In this document: piece after piece, positions 12,975 through 23,540 of the stretch
Position numbering within the stretch: the stretch's first letter is position 1
How the letters are laid out: every line of letters starts with the position of its first letter
Source of the DNA: Proteromonas lacertae
Taxonomy: Eukaryota
DNA length: 64,000 bases
Direction of reading: 5' to 3'
Assembly (NCBI GenBank): GCA_002245135.1
Contig: NGBS01000893.1
Location: 1 to 64,000 of the forward strand
The notes under the pieces: generated by a model
Database searches by the model: none
What the model was told of the DNA's origin: nothing
Seen by the model: the letters and a program-made list of their open reading frames with translations, nothing else
Position numbers and translations under genes: made by a program

Positions 12975-13456
12975 AATCCATAATCGTCCTTCTTTGCTTT
13001 GAAGTGTTTCACTGCTTAACTTAGTGAACTGAAGTCAATCATCTTCACTAAGCAAATCGGTGAAACAGTTCAAAGGAAAGAAAATCGATTATGGATTAGG
13101 GAAAGGGAAAGTGAATAAAGGCTAGGGAAAGGGAAAGTGAGTCTTAGGGAAAGTGAAAACGAGTCTTAGGTGGTGTATATGACCTTCCTAAGGTTTATAT
13201 CAGTCTCTATAACATAATTGAACAAATGTTTACAACGGACGGCAGTTACACCGTCAGTTACACGTTAGTTATGTAACTGACATGTAACGGATTCGTAACG
13301 ACCGTTAAAACAGTTGTACAAATGAACGGTTATTGCAGAAATTTAAATTTTAAAAAATGAAACGAATATATGAATTTTAGCCTCGGGTCCAGCGTCAAGC
13401 CTCGTGGTCCAGCGTCAAGCCATTTTGGGTCTGTAGCCCTTAATATATATTATTAT
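12975..13456. repeat. Putative terminal (TIR) region of element A
   Basis: 123-nt imperfect hairpin (12975-13097); AGGGAAAG(GGAAAG)TGA repeats; GTCAGTTACA/TGTAACTGAC stem; 19/20-bp tandem AGCCTCG(T)GGTCCAGCGTCA at 13379-13417; terminal TATTATTAT. Confidence 0.7.
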
Positions 13457-14340
13457 AGCATAAGGAATACAAATCTCATTCACATTTTCACCACTTTTAC
13501 AATATTCACACCAACCTTTATAACTCATTAAACCACATTTACAACATATTGAACCAATAAATGGATCAGAACTAACTAATAATCTCTCTACTAATAACAA
13601 TGAAGTTCCATGAGCGATCAAACAGTCTTTCTCCATCTCACCTACTCTCAAACCACCTTCTCGAGCTCGACCTTGAGTTGGTTGACGAGTTAAAGAAACA
13701 TGAGGGCCTCGAGCTCTAGCAAATACTTTATCTTTTACCATATGTTTTAATCTCTGATAATAGATTGGGCCCATAAATATATAAGCTAATAATGGTTCAC
13801 CAGTTATTCCACTGTATAATAAATCCTTTCCACTGTAATTATAGCCATAACTTACTAAGATTTCACCTATATCTTTTATACTATCACCTCCAAATGCAGT
13901 TCCAAATTTTCGTTTACCTTCTAATAAACCAGCTTTTCCACCTACCAATTCAATCATTTTACCAACGGTCATTCGACTAGGAAAACCATGAGGATTCATT
14001 ATCATATCAGGACAAATTCCATTCTCATTAAATGGCATATCTTCTTGATTTACTATTAAACCAACTACACCTTTTTGGCCATGTCGACTTGAATATTTAT
14101 CACCTAATTCAGGTCTTCTCATATCTCGAATTAAGATTTTTATTAATGTCTTTTCTTCTTTTGATGTTGTTAACATCACTTTATCAACTATTCTACCACC
14201 TTTATCTTTATATACTAATGGACAACTAATATAACTCATATTCTGATTTGCATCTTTCGATATTGTGGGACTTTCTTTGTTTATTAATATATCACCTTCT
14301 TCTACTCGAACTCCAACTTCTACTATTCCATCATTTCCTA
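13457..14340 (-). pseudogene. POLR3B: RPC2 fragment, truncated at both ends (duplicate copy 1)
   Basis: Near-identical to part of 47452-48446. It is cut after ICIPYA by element A, and its 5' side stops at the tandem-duplication junction. Confidence 0.9.
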
Positions 14341-14370
14341 TTGTTTTTTATCAATCATAATTTCAAAAAA

Positions 14371-14724
14371 ATGTCAAGAATTTGGATCGAGAATGTTAAT
14401 ATAGAAGATAGAAGTAAGCGTGAAGATGAAGAATTTGAAAGAATCTATGCAATCATTGAAAGTGAAGTAGCTAGAATAGTAGCTCAACCACCACCACCAT
14501 CACCTCCAATTGTAATGTGGTATACATCTGATACAGCTGATGAGGATGATAGAAAGTATGAAGAATGGCGTGCAATTCATAAACCAACTAGAGTAGCACA
14601 AGCAACCATACGTCCTAGAAAATGGGTTGATCCAGAAGAGGAGCGCAGAAAAACCAAGATGCTAAAGCGTTATGGTATTGATGAAAAAAACATCATTGAA
14701 GAAAGACTAAGATTTCATAACTAA
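14371..14724 (+). CDS. Hypothetical element-B protein (117 aa)
   Basis: Real start is likely ATG 14371, as in the copy at 31416; the longer ORF call crosses the duplication junction. Confidence 0.55.
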   Translation: MSRIWIENVNIEDRSKREDEEFERIYAIIESEVARIVAQPPPPSPPIVMWYTSDTADEDDRKYEEWRAIHKPTRVAQATIRPRKWVDPEEERRKTKMLKRYGIDEKNIIEERLRFHN

Positions 14725-14851
14725 TTCTTAAATCATTGGTTTTAATTGAATTTTGTTTTTTGATTGGCTGAATAGTAATAAACATAATATTACATAATTC
14801 TTTTCATTCATAAATTTCTTGCGATTTTTGAAATAATTTACATAAATTAAA

Positions 14852-15448
14852 ATGCGTGATATACAAAACGAATTGAATGCTAATATTGAAAAACACTTAC
14901 AAGAAGGTGAAATGTATAAGAATCTCTATGAGAATGATATGTCTGAAGTAAAATCATTAATTATTAAAGTATTTAAGGATATGTTGGATGGTATGTATTC
15001 TGTGATTGAAGAATATGAAGATGATCCAGCATGGAGTGAACAACCAGGTGATGATATTGACATAACAATGGAAGAAGAAGAAGTGAAGGAAGAAAAACAA
15101 AGTGAATCTAAACCTAGAAATAGAAAGGATATATCAAAGTCAGATCCAGATTCACAGATATGTAGCACTTGTGGTAAGAAGAAAGCTAATGATGAATTTG
15201 GTTATAAGTGTGAAGGTGTATTCTATAAATCTTGTACAGAGTGTAGAAATAAGAAGAAGAGAAGATATGAAGAAGGAAAGAAAGGAAGTGATAATAGTGG
15301 AGAAGATAAGAAGCGTAAAGTAGAGAATAGTTCCAGCGCCGAGGGTCGACCAAAGGTAGATATTGCTAAAGTAGAAACACCTACAAGTTCTATCCCGGGG
15401 GTAGCTACAGTAGATCTAACTACATCACCTACCTGTATAATTAATTAA
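14852..15448 (+). CDS. Element-B protein with C4 zinc-ribbon-like motif
   Basis: CSTCGKKK...YKSCTECRNKKK; acidic and basic tracts. Confidence 0.6.
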   Translation: MRDIQNELNANIEKHLQEGEMYKNLYENDMSEVKSLIIKVFKDMLDGMYSVIEEYEDDPAWSEQPGDDIDITMEEEEVKEEKQSESKPRNRKDISKSDPDSQICSTCGKKKANDEFGYKCEGVFYKSCTECRNKKKRRYEEGKKGSDNSGEDKKRKVENSSSAEGRPKVDIAKVETPTSSIPGVATVDLTTSPTCIIN

Positions 15449-15512
15449 CTTTTGGTTTAAAATTCATTTTTATATTTCTATGCGTTTTTATATATAAATA
15501 ATTTCGCATAAA

Positions 15513-15902
15513 ATGTCATTTAATAATACACAATATTCAACTATGCTTAATGATATGAATGATACCATAACTAGTCTAAAGCAAGAAGGTCTTATATTTT
15601 TTGTATATATGTTATTATGGATTGTATATAAAGTTAAAAAGATTGTAGTATGGTTATATCATAGATATTGTCCTTCAGAATTAAGTGAAATATTAGCTGA
15701 GCCAAAACCTGCTATTCAAATAGCATTAAGAAAATCTACTATTGTTTCTGCTATTCCATTTACTTTAACACCTGAAAATAGTAGAATAAATTCTAGAAAT
15801 GATAGTGATAATGAAGATGAAGAACCATTAGAAACAGAAATAGAAATTATTCCTATTAATAAACCTGAGATTGAAATTCAAAAGCCAATCATAAATATTT
15901 AA
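15513..15902 (+). CDS. Element-B small single-pass membrane-like protein
   Basis: Hydrophobic GLIFFVYMLLWIVY segment followed by KVKK. Confidence 0.55.
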   Translation: MSFNNTQYSTMLNDMNDTITSLKQEGLIFFVYMLLWIVYKVKKIVVWLYHRYCPSELSEILAEPKPAIQIALRKSTIVSAIPFTLTPENSRINSRNDSDNEDEEPLETEIEIIPINKPEIEIQKPIINI

Positions 15903-16179
15903 TTTTATGTATGGTATTTTTTGTATTTGATTTGAAAGTTATATTTTTGTACCCCCTTAAAAAATTACATAAAGAAAAACCGTTTTTTTTCATTCACACT
16001 TTTCTTACTCATTTTTAGTATTTTATTTTTTTCATTTTTTTACTTTAATAGAAAATTAATTATTCAATCATTCAATCATAAATGCCAGCAGACAGAGTCA
16101 AACAACCAACCAATTCAGAATTATGCGCTCAGCTCCCATTAAAGGGACAGGCTTATGAGTTCTATCAGAAAGTGAGTCG

Positions 16180-17159
16180 TGTTGTTCCCCGTTGAGTACA
16201 ACTCCCCGTTAAGCGATTAGAGACTTTAGAAACAAACTAAATGCATATTCTTACTTATTTTGATGAAAAATTGTTACTTTTATACTTACTTTGTCATATA
16301 ACCTATGTCTGCAATATACTTTTTTGATAACTTTAGTATTGTATATGTTGTGCGCCGTTGAGCGTTAAGAAGACTTTTTTCAATTCTAATATCATAAACG
16401 TAACCTCTGGCCCTTCAATATTACTAATCAACGCTTTGTTTTCCAAAATAGTAACGTTGGCCTAATATCGTATAGTCGTGTTTAGGTTCCTATACTGGAA
16501 ACACTTTTTATTTTTATATTATTTTAAAAGCTTATAACAATAGCAGACATCGGGATAAAGGTTTTAAATAGAAAAGGAATACCTATTTATTGTATTTACC
16601 TGTTTAAATTTATTTTGAAAAAACAGGCTTGAATGAGGCTTGAATAGATTTTATATTTTTATTGATTTAATTGCTTAAACTAATGTATTTTTAACGCTAG
16701 TAGTGATTGAAGGAAAAAAATTAAAAATAAAATTATAATTGTTTTCAATATGTTGGGACAAAGTTCAAAAAAATATATATCGCAGATGTAGCTTATATGA
16801 CAAAGTAAGATTATATTTGCATATAACTCGCCATCAAACCACACACTGTCATTTTAGAATTAATGAACATTTATTTACCAGTCTAAAAAAGATATGTAAA
16901 AAGTTAAGCATTTTAATCATTTCAGTTAATATATTTTAATCTCTAGTAGCGAATAAAACACTAAAACGAAAAATAAAAATATATGCGTGTTATATATAAA
17001 TACTTAAGTTTTCAAAAAAGTATATTTCAGACATAGATTATATGACAAAGTAAGTATAAAAGTAACAATTTTTCATCAAAATAAGTAAGAATATGCATTT
17101 AGTTTGTTTCTAAAGTCTCTAATCGCTTAACGGGGAGTTGTACTCAACGGGGAACAACA
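16180..17159. mobile_element. Non-autonomous TIR element (980 bp, TG...CA ends, 5-bp TSD AGTCG), copy 1
   Basis: 122-bp perfect (about 160-bp imperfect) inverted repeats starting TGTTGTTCCCCG; AGTCG at 16175-16179 and 17160-17164. Confidence 0.93.
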
Positions 17160-18006
17160 AGTCGTAATATCCAGCATTTAAAGACATTTTGTGACGAAAT
17201 GTATATTCAAAGTTTGGCTTATGATGACAGCAAAAAATCAAAGAAGAAGCAAAGTCCACCACAATTCAACTATATCGAATTAGAGAAGTCAGCTACAGCA
17301 GTTTATTATTGCTTTTCATGTAAGTTTGATAATCAGAAGTTAATTCCCATCAAACATCTAGAGACATTAGATCAAAATGAGTATATGAATTTATACTTTA
17401 GTGACGATGAGATGAAGAGTATAGTAAAACCAAATGTAAAACCGATTAAACCTTTTATTCAACCTCAGTTAAAACAACAACAACAAGAACCACAGTAAAA
17501 ACCACCACCACCAACTGTACCTCAAAAACCTAAAAGAGTTTATAAAAGAAGAACTGATACTATTAAGAAACCTAAAACAAAAGCAGTTATTGATAGTGAT
17601 GATGAATTAATTCATTTAAAGAAAAGAAAGATTGTTAAAGATTCTGATTTTGTTGATGAAGAACCAATGGGTATAATTGTGAAAGATACTGAATCAAGAA
17701 CATCTGCTGATGATTTATTGAGTAGCCAAAGTCCTACCTTTACACCTCCAATGTCACCAAGGTCTGATACTACACTTCTTGATGTTAGTGATATTGATAT
17801 TCTGGATGCTGAATTGAAATATTTTAATGCTGAAATAACTAAAAAAGATGAAGAAAAACTAAAAGAGATAGAAGAGAAAATTAAACATCAAGATACAGAG
17901 AGAAAGAAACAAGAAGATGAAGAAAAAAAGAAAAAACAACAAGAAGAAGAAAGAGTTAGAAAAGTACAAGAAGAAGCAGAGAGAAAAAGAAAACAAGAAG
18001 AAGTAG

Positions 18007-18080
18007 AAAAGAAAAGAAAAGAAAAGAAAAGAAAGAAAGAAAAGAAAAGAAAAGAAAAGAAAAGAAAAGAAAAGAAAAGA
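18007..18080. repeat. (GAAAA)n pentanucleotide repeat, length differs between the two units
   Basis: Directly visible; compare 35053-35132. Confidence 0.85.
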
Positions 18081-18441
18081 AGAATTAGTTGTTATTAGAA
18101 TGCTTCAAGAAGAAGAGAATATGAGACAACAAGAAGAGTTAAGAAAGAAATGGGTATTAGAACAAAAGAGACAAATGGAAGAAAAGATGAAAAAAGAAAA
18201 CGATGAATTAGAAAAGAAAATGGAAGAAGAGTTTAAGAAGAGAATTGAAGAAGAGAAAAGAAAGAAAGCTGAAGAGTTTGAGAAGATGATGAAGAACTTA
18301 TAAGTATTAATATATACTTTAAATTTGTCTGGTTTATGCTTTAATCCATATACTTGAAAAAGCACTTTGAATTCATTACTTTGATGAAAATTGGTGTTTG
18401 TTTAATATGTAAAAAATAACATAAATAAAAAACATAAAAAG

Positions 18442-19602
18442 TTATACGAAATCATTAAATAGCGAATTTTTCTTATATACTCTACCATGTCTACTTTTTC
18501 TGCCTTCTGGTACTGGTTGAATATCTGGTTCTATAGGTTGTGCTTCATTGTTTATACTATGAATTTGTCTTAATCTAAACTTACCATTTGTTGTAATACT
18601 ATTAACTGGTACTCTTTTAATTTCATGTGATTTGAATCTATATGAGCCTATATCTCTAGGATTGAATTCTCTAGGTATTGTTTCATCCAAGTTCTTAACA
18701 GAATATGAAAATGGTCCAACTTTGTGTATTTGGTATACTTTATCTGTATAATAAGTAGTTTTTTGAAGTTTGTTATCTCTACGTTCTTTTATTCTGACAA
18801 AATCATCAGCTTTAAAATGAGTATCACTTTTACGCTTCTTTAAGTTTCTATCATGCGATTCTTTATACAATCTATCTTGAACTTCAAAATCATTGAATAC
18901 TTCATTTGGAGTTAGATTATTGAGTGCAGAATGTGGTTTTGCATTGTAATCATCTACAACAGTATATACTATATTACACAATGATTCAATATTGTTAATT
19001 TTATCAAATTCTTCATCAGAAAATGTATTAATTTTTCTATAAAACATATCTTTAATAGTTCTCACACATCGATCCAATATTTTCATTATATTATGTTCAT
19101 TACGTTCTTTAAGTATAAATCGTATATGATTTTTGTTAAACAAATCTAAAAATTTCTTACCATAGATAATACCAGACTCTTCATCTGATAAAATACTTCC
19201 TACAAAACGAGCGTTTTCATCCTTAGGTTGCAAGCCCTGATAAAACCATTTTTCAAACACTGGATACACATCATTTTCTGATTTAGATTTAACATAATAT
19301 ATCCAACACTTACGACTAACAACTTCTATAATTAACAAAAATGGAACTTTTGTATTGTTGAAAAACACCAAATCTATTTGATATGACCCAGGTAACTTTT
19401 CAATTTCATATTTAATTCTATTCCTTTTAGTTGCAGTGATTTGATAATCTGGTTTAGACTCCACAAGTTCACTGCTAGCTTTTTTAATGTCAGATTTTTT
19501 AAAGTTATTCTCAAGTTCATTTACAGAGAAATTAATAAAGTCTCGTTTGTTTAAATAACCATATGTTTTGTATAACTCATTTATTTTATCTTGTAGTGAC
19601 AT
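18442..19602 (-). CDS. RVE integrase of element B, copy 1 (intact frame)
   Basis: PGSYQIDLVF / IEVVSRKCWI / ILSDEESG / ILDRCVRTIK / YNAKPHSALNNLTPNEV. Confidence 0.9.
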   Translation of the reverse strand: MSLQDKINELYKTYGYLNKRDFINFSVNELENNFKKSDIKKASSELVESKPDYQITATKRNRIKYEIEKLPGSYQIDLVFFNNTKVPFLLIIEVVSRKCWIYYVKSKSENDVYPVFEKWFYQGLQPKDENARFVGSILSDEESGIIYGKKFLDLFNKNHIRFILKERNEHNIMKILDRCVRTIKDMFYRKINTFSDEEFDKINNIESLCNIVYTVVDDYNAKPHSALNNLTPNEVFNDFEVQDRLYKESHDRNLKKRKSDTHFKADDFVRIKERRDNKLQKTTYYTDKVYQIHKVGPFSYSVKNLDETIPREFNPRDIGSYRFKSHEIKRVPVNSITTNGKFRLRQIHSINNEAQPIEPDIQPVPEGRKSRHGRVYKKNSLFNDFV

Positions 19603-19669
19603 TCAAACAATATATATAAAAAATATGAATGATATATATTTAAAGAATTAATGAATTAAAATAATTAAA

Positions 19670-20446
19670 TCATTCTTCTACCTCTCCCAAATCCTTATCA
19701 CTTAAAGTGTTACCACCATTACCAAAGTTAATAACTTTAGCAGCACTAATAAAACCATTACTAATTACTTTCTTAGCAGGGAATGGTCTACGAGTACTAA
19801 TTAAATCACTATCTTCTATCTTAGTTCTCTTAATTCTTGGAGGTGAAACAAATTTGTTTTGATTAGCTTGTTCTTTCTTAATTTTCTTCTCATTACTTCT
19901 TCTAATAGTTGTAGCTAAATCAGGATTTTCATCATAACCATCAATATCACTACAAACTCTATGATTAACAAAGTTTTGAGTACCATTACTCTTAATAGAG
20001 ATTTGATTATCAACAACGCTTACAGCAATTTTACTACCAACATCAACATCAGATGGAACTCTATAGTTACTATTATCCCATATCATAATAGAATTGAAAT
20101 TGTGGAAGTATTTAATACCATGTTGAGGTTCTCTACATCCTACACTAATCAAATATCCACGAATGATTTTTTCTATAAAGTCATTCTCATTTCTATCATA
20201 AATTTGTTTTAATACATATTTCACTTCATCAGCTGCATATGTTTCAAAATCTCTTCCATTATTAATTACAACTTTATGATCCAAATCATGAACAAAAGTA
20301 ATCAATACATATTGACTAGTTTTAGTAGGCTTAACTGTAATACTCTCAACAGTTCCTTTAATAATCCACTTGTTACATAACTTTGGATTTTTGTAGTAAT
20401 CACTGAATTCTACATCGGTAGCTTCATAGGGTGTTTCGTTACTCAT
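19670..20446 (-). CDS. Hypothetical element-B protein (258 aa), possibly beta-rich/OB-fold-like
   Basis: Long ORF; WIIKGTVESITVKPTKTSQYVLITF looks like an OB-fold strand pattern (weak). Confidence 0.55.
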   Translation of the reverse strand: MSNETPYEATDVEFSDYYKNPKLCNKWIIKGTVESITVKPTKTSQYVLITFVHDLDHKVVINNGRDFETYAADEVKYVLKQIYDRNENDFIEKIIRGYLISVGCREPQHGIKYFHNFNSIMIWDNSNYRVPSDVDVGSKIAVSVVDNQISIKSNGTQNFVNHRVCSDIDGYDENPDLATTIRRSNEKKIKKEQANQNKFVSPPRIKRTKIEDSDLISTRRPFPAKKVISNGFISAAKVINFGNGGNTLSDKDLGEVEE

Positions 20447-20543
20447 TTTATATAAGGGAGAGATGAAAATAAAAAAATGATAAAAAAATGATTAAAAAAT
20501 GTCAAGAAAAATGAAAATGAAAATTTCTTTTTATTTTTAAAGT

Positions 20544-20573
20544 CGACCAATCAAATCATCCGACCAATCAAAT
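20544..20573 (+). promoter_or_regulatory. Tandem CCAAT-box repeat (CGACCAATCAAAT x2) in a divergent promoter
   Basis: 13-bp direct repeat between the head-to-head 258-aa ORF and PolB-B. Confidence 0.5.
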
Positions 20574-20618
20574 TTCATATTTTCATTTTTGATTTATTTC
20601 TCAAATTCTGTCTATATA

Positions 20619-22859
20619 ATGAGCAAACATAAAAAGCTTTTAAATGCATTTTTTAAGCTTCTAGAACAAACTTTTAATAAAAATAAACATCATAAGCATA
20701 AGCATCACCACCATCATAAACATAAACATATAGATGAACCACCACCACCTCCACCTACACCATCAGAAGAAGCTCCAAAACGAAGATTAGCACCATTATT
20801 TAGTACAGATGCTATTCAAAATAAAAAAAAGATATAATAATGATATACCAATAATCAGTGATACATTCTTTGGTGGATTAATGCCTTCTTCCCTACCAAA
20901 ACCTAACCAAAATCAAAGATTTAATGATAGAATACGCGATGCTAGAGAAGTTGATAAATCATCTCAAGGTGTTACAAGGAAATGGGTTTTCAATTATAAC
21001 AATAGAAATTACAGTACACCACAACAATGTTATCATGATTTTGTTAATAATAGTGATATCAAAGATATATTACATGAACTAGCTGATACTATAAATATGA
21101 TTAAAATTTTCTTTATTGTGCGTTCAATTTATATACCTGATGAGTCAACTGACAATGATGATGAAGTTTCTATATTTAGCCGTAGTAGACTATGTGAAAT
21201 AACTAAAATGTTTACTGTAGGTGAAATACAAACTATACTGGAGAATATATTTACACAAATATCAGAAGATGATTCAAATCATCCTCAAAGTGGTCTTACT
21301 TTTGCTAGAGTAAATACAATTGAACTATATGTAGCTAAATTTAAAGTGATACGTGGAAGCAGTTTTATTGTTTTACCTGCTAAACTTCAAGGTCTAAGAT
21401 GTTTGACAAATGTAATAAATGAAGATAATGAATGTTTTAAGTGGAGTGTACTATGCTCATTATATTCTAATAATCTACAATGTAATAAAGATAAACCTGA
21501 AAAATACAAAATGTATGAAAAGAAACATGATTGGAGTATGCTAACATTCCCTGTTGATGCTACAGACAATGAATCTATTGATAAGTTTGAAACAAAGAAT
21601 CGACTAAATGTAAATATATTTTATATTGATATTGCTAAAGATAAAGAAGAAATATTCTTACCCATTCATTTATCTAAACAAAAGAAATCTAAAAAATACA
21701 GTGTTGTAAATCTATTGCTAATAAAAAATGAAGATGGAAATTCACACTATGTAACAATAAATACCTTACCTGCTCTATTTAGAAAAATGATAGATAAAAA
21801 GAATAATACTAATAATATATTTGTATGTCCATATTGTCTCTTCTATACTTACGATGATGGATCCTTTAATAGTCACCAAATATATGACTGCCAAGATAAA
21901 GAGAATGTATTAAGATTATTCCCTGATAAAGATGATAAAGAAAAATCATACTTAAAATTTAGGCATTGGACTCACCTCCAAACATTGCCAGTTGTTATGT
22001 ATTATGATACTGAAACTTATTTTGTACCATATGATAATGAATTGAATTTAAGTAGATATAAATCTATGGAAGAAATAGATAATAATGATACTAGAATAGA
22101 ATTATCAAAAACTGAGCAATCTATTATGGCTAGGCATAAGCTTTATTCCTACTGTATCTATGTAGATAGTAAAATACCAGATATAAACAGTTTTACTGTG
22201 ATTAAATATAAACAAAATGAGGATCATAATACTGAAAATGATTTTGTATAGGATATATTAAATATATATGATCAAATATGTACAGTTTACAATTATAGAC
22301 TAAATAATCCTAAACCTTTTGATGGAGATGAAACAGCTAAGGATATACATAATAAAAAGAGAAAATGTGACTTTTGCGGTAAACCATTTAATTCTATTGA
22401 TCATTTAAAAGTACTATACCATGATCATTTCGCGGGACGTTATATTGCTTCTATTGGATGCAAAGAAAATCTTAATATTGATATAAAAAATTAAAAGTAC
22501 CAATAATAGGTTATAATGCTATGAAATATGACCAGCATTTCATAGTAAAGGAATTAGCTAAATTTGCTGCAATAACTAATAGTCCACTCAATATTATGCC
22601 TAATACAGATGAAAACTATAAGTGTATACAATACAAGAATTTGGTGTTTATTGACAGTTATTTATTCTTAGCAGGTTCTCTAGCAAATTTAACTAGTGAT
22701 CTAAAAATTACAGCAGAATTAAATAATGCTAAGAAAGAAAAATTCAAAACAATTTATGAGAATTTTAAAGAATATAATGGGCATTACCTAGATGATGAAA
22801 TTATTGAGAAATACTTACTTCAAAAGAATTATTCTCCATATGAACATATGACATCATAA
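20619..22859 (+). pseudogene. Truncated pPolB of element B, copy 1
   Basis: GSSFIVLP...INEDNECFKWSVL; MYYDTE; in-frame TAG at 22249; CDFC...HDHFAGRY; YNAMKYD; FIDSYLFLAGSL; QKNYSPYE, then cut at 22855. Confidence 0.88.
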
Positions 22860-23124
22860 TAATATAGAATAAAGGGCCTGGCACACCGAGCCGCATGACT
22901 CGGGCTCCTGGCACACCAAATCAAACTTTTTAAAAATACGTGACCTATGTCATATTAGGTCATAATTTATTTTTTGTATTTTCTAGAATATTCTAATTTC
23001 ATATATGGATAATCTAATTAAAGAAGAAGCAGAAAATGGTTTTGATTCTTTATATAAAATGTGTAATTTATATCTCAATAACAAAGATGATGGGAGCAAT
23101 GACTATCAAACATCAATTGAATAA
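22856..23124 (+). mobile_element. Left terminus plus gene remnant of a third related element (C), copy 1
   Basis: ATAATAATATAGAATAAAGGGC resembles the reverse complement of A's end (ATAATAATATATATTAAGGGC). CCTGGCACACC occurs twice, and 23005-23124 is homologous to ORF 5120-5428. Confidence 0.7.
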
Positions 23125-23540
23125 AACCATAACTTGAATATGGGGGTATTTTTGGTTATTTTTTCGCTATTCAAGCTGTTCAAGTTAAAGGTTTTTGACT
23201 GTACTACATTTTTTTTATTCTATAATTAATTTAATATTATGTTAATAATATGTTATTGTGAATCATCATTTGAAAAAGTGCATCGATCAACGGTCAAATT
23301 TGATATTTGAAAGATGATGCATAAAGCTTTAATTTTGTATTTATGGTTAGATAATATGTTTGTTAACTCATGTTCAATAGGAAGTCAACTAATAGTTAGC
23401 ATAAGGAAGGTAAGGTCAAGCTAAAGATATAGGTTTTGACCTATAGGTAAACCTATATTACTAAAAAAAGAAAAAAGACAGAAAATATAGTTATATATAT
23501 ATATTCCTCAATCAAATTATTTAAACATTTTTATATAATA

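Larger units (their letters stand above)
1..13456. mobile_element. Polinton/Maverick-like endogenous viral element A (right arm; left part outside window)
   Basis: pPolB, RVE integrase and adenain-like protease are clustered. A structured non-coding end (12975-13456) finishes in (TAT)3 and joins abruptly to mid-RPC2 sequence at 13456/13457. Confidence 0.9.
16082..18303 (+). pseudogene. Element-B charged/coiled-coil protein gene disrupted by a TIR element, an in-frame TAA and GAAAA-repeat slippage
   Basis: Excising 16180-17164 restores MPADRVKQ...QKVSRNIQHLKTFCDEMYIQSL. The frame reads through TAA 17496 into MGIIVKDTE. A frameshift lies in (GAAAA)n. Confidence 0.8.
14341..22855. mobile_element. 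Decayed Polinton-like element B (internal fragment), copy 1
   Basis: Integrase and pPolB N-terminal half are clearly homologous to, but diverged from, element A; compact accessory ORFs. Confidence 0.8.

Noticed and set aside
13379..13421. GC-rich direct repeats as a CRISPR-like array
   Set aside because: Only two adjacent units with no spacers, in a eukaryotic context.
14248..14370. N-terminal extension of the 158-aa ORF
   Set aside because: It is antisense RPC2 sequence across the duplication junction and is not in frame in copy 2.
20815..20837. A-run between the His-rich ORF and PolB-B as a programmed -1 frameshift
   Set aside because: The required shift is +1 and the gene is otherwise pseudogenised; homopolymer slippage is simpler.
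17496..22251. In-frame TAA (17496) and TAG (22249) read through in both copies, suggesting TAR=Gln recoding
   Set aside because: Long intact viral and host ORFs contain no internal TAR and terminate with TAA/TAG. Nonsense mutations predating the duplication explain them.
22480..23100. Single-base differences between duplicate copies taken as evidence of divergence
   Set aside because: They fall in homopolymer runs and may be sequencing errors. The frameshift near 61272 and some in 1-4300 may be errors too.
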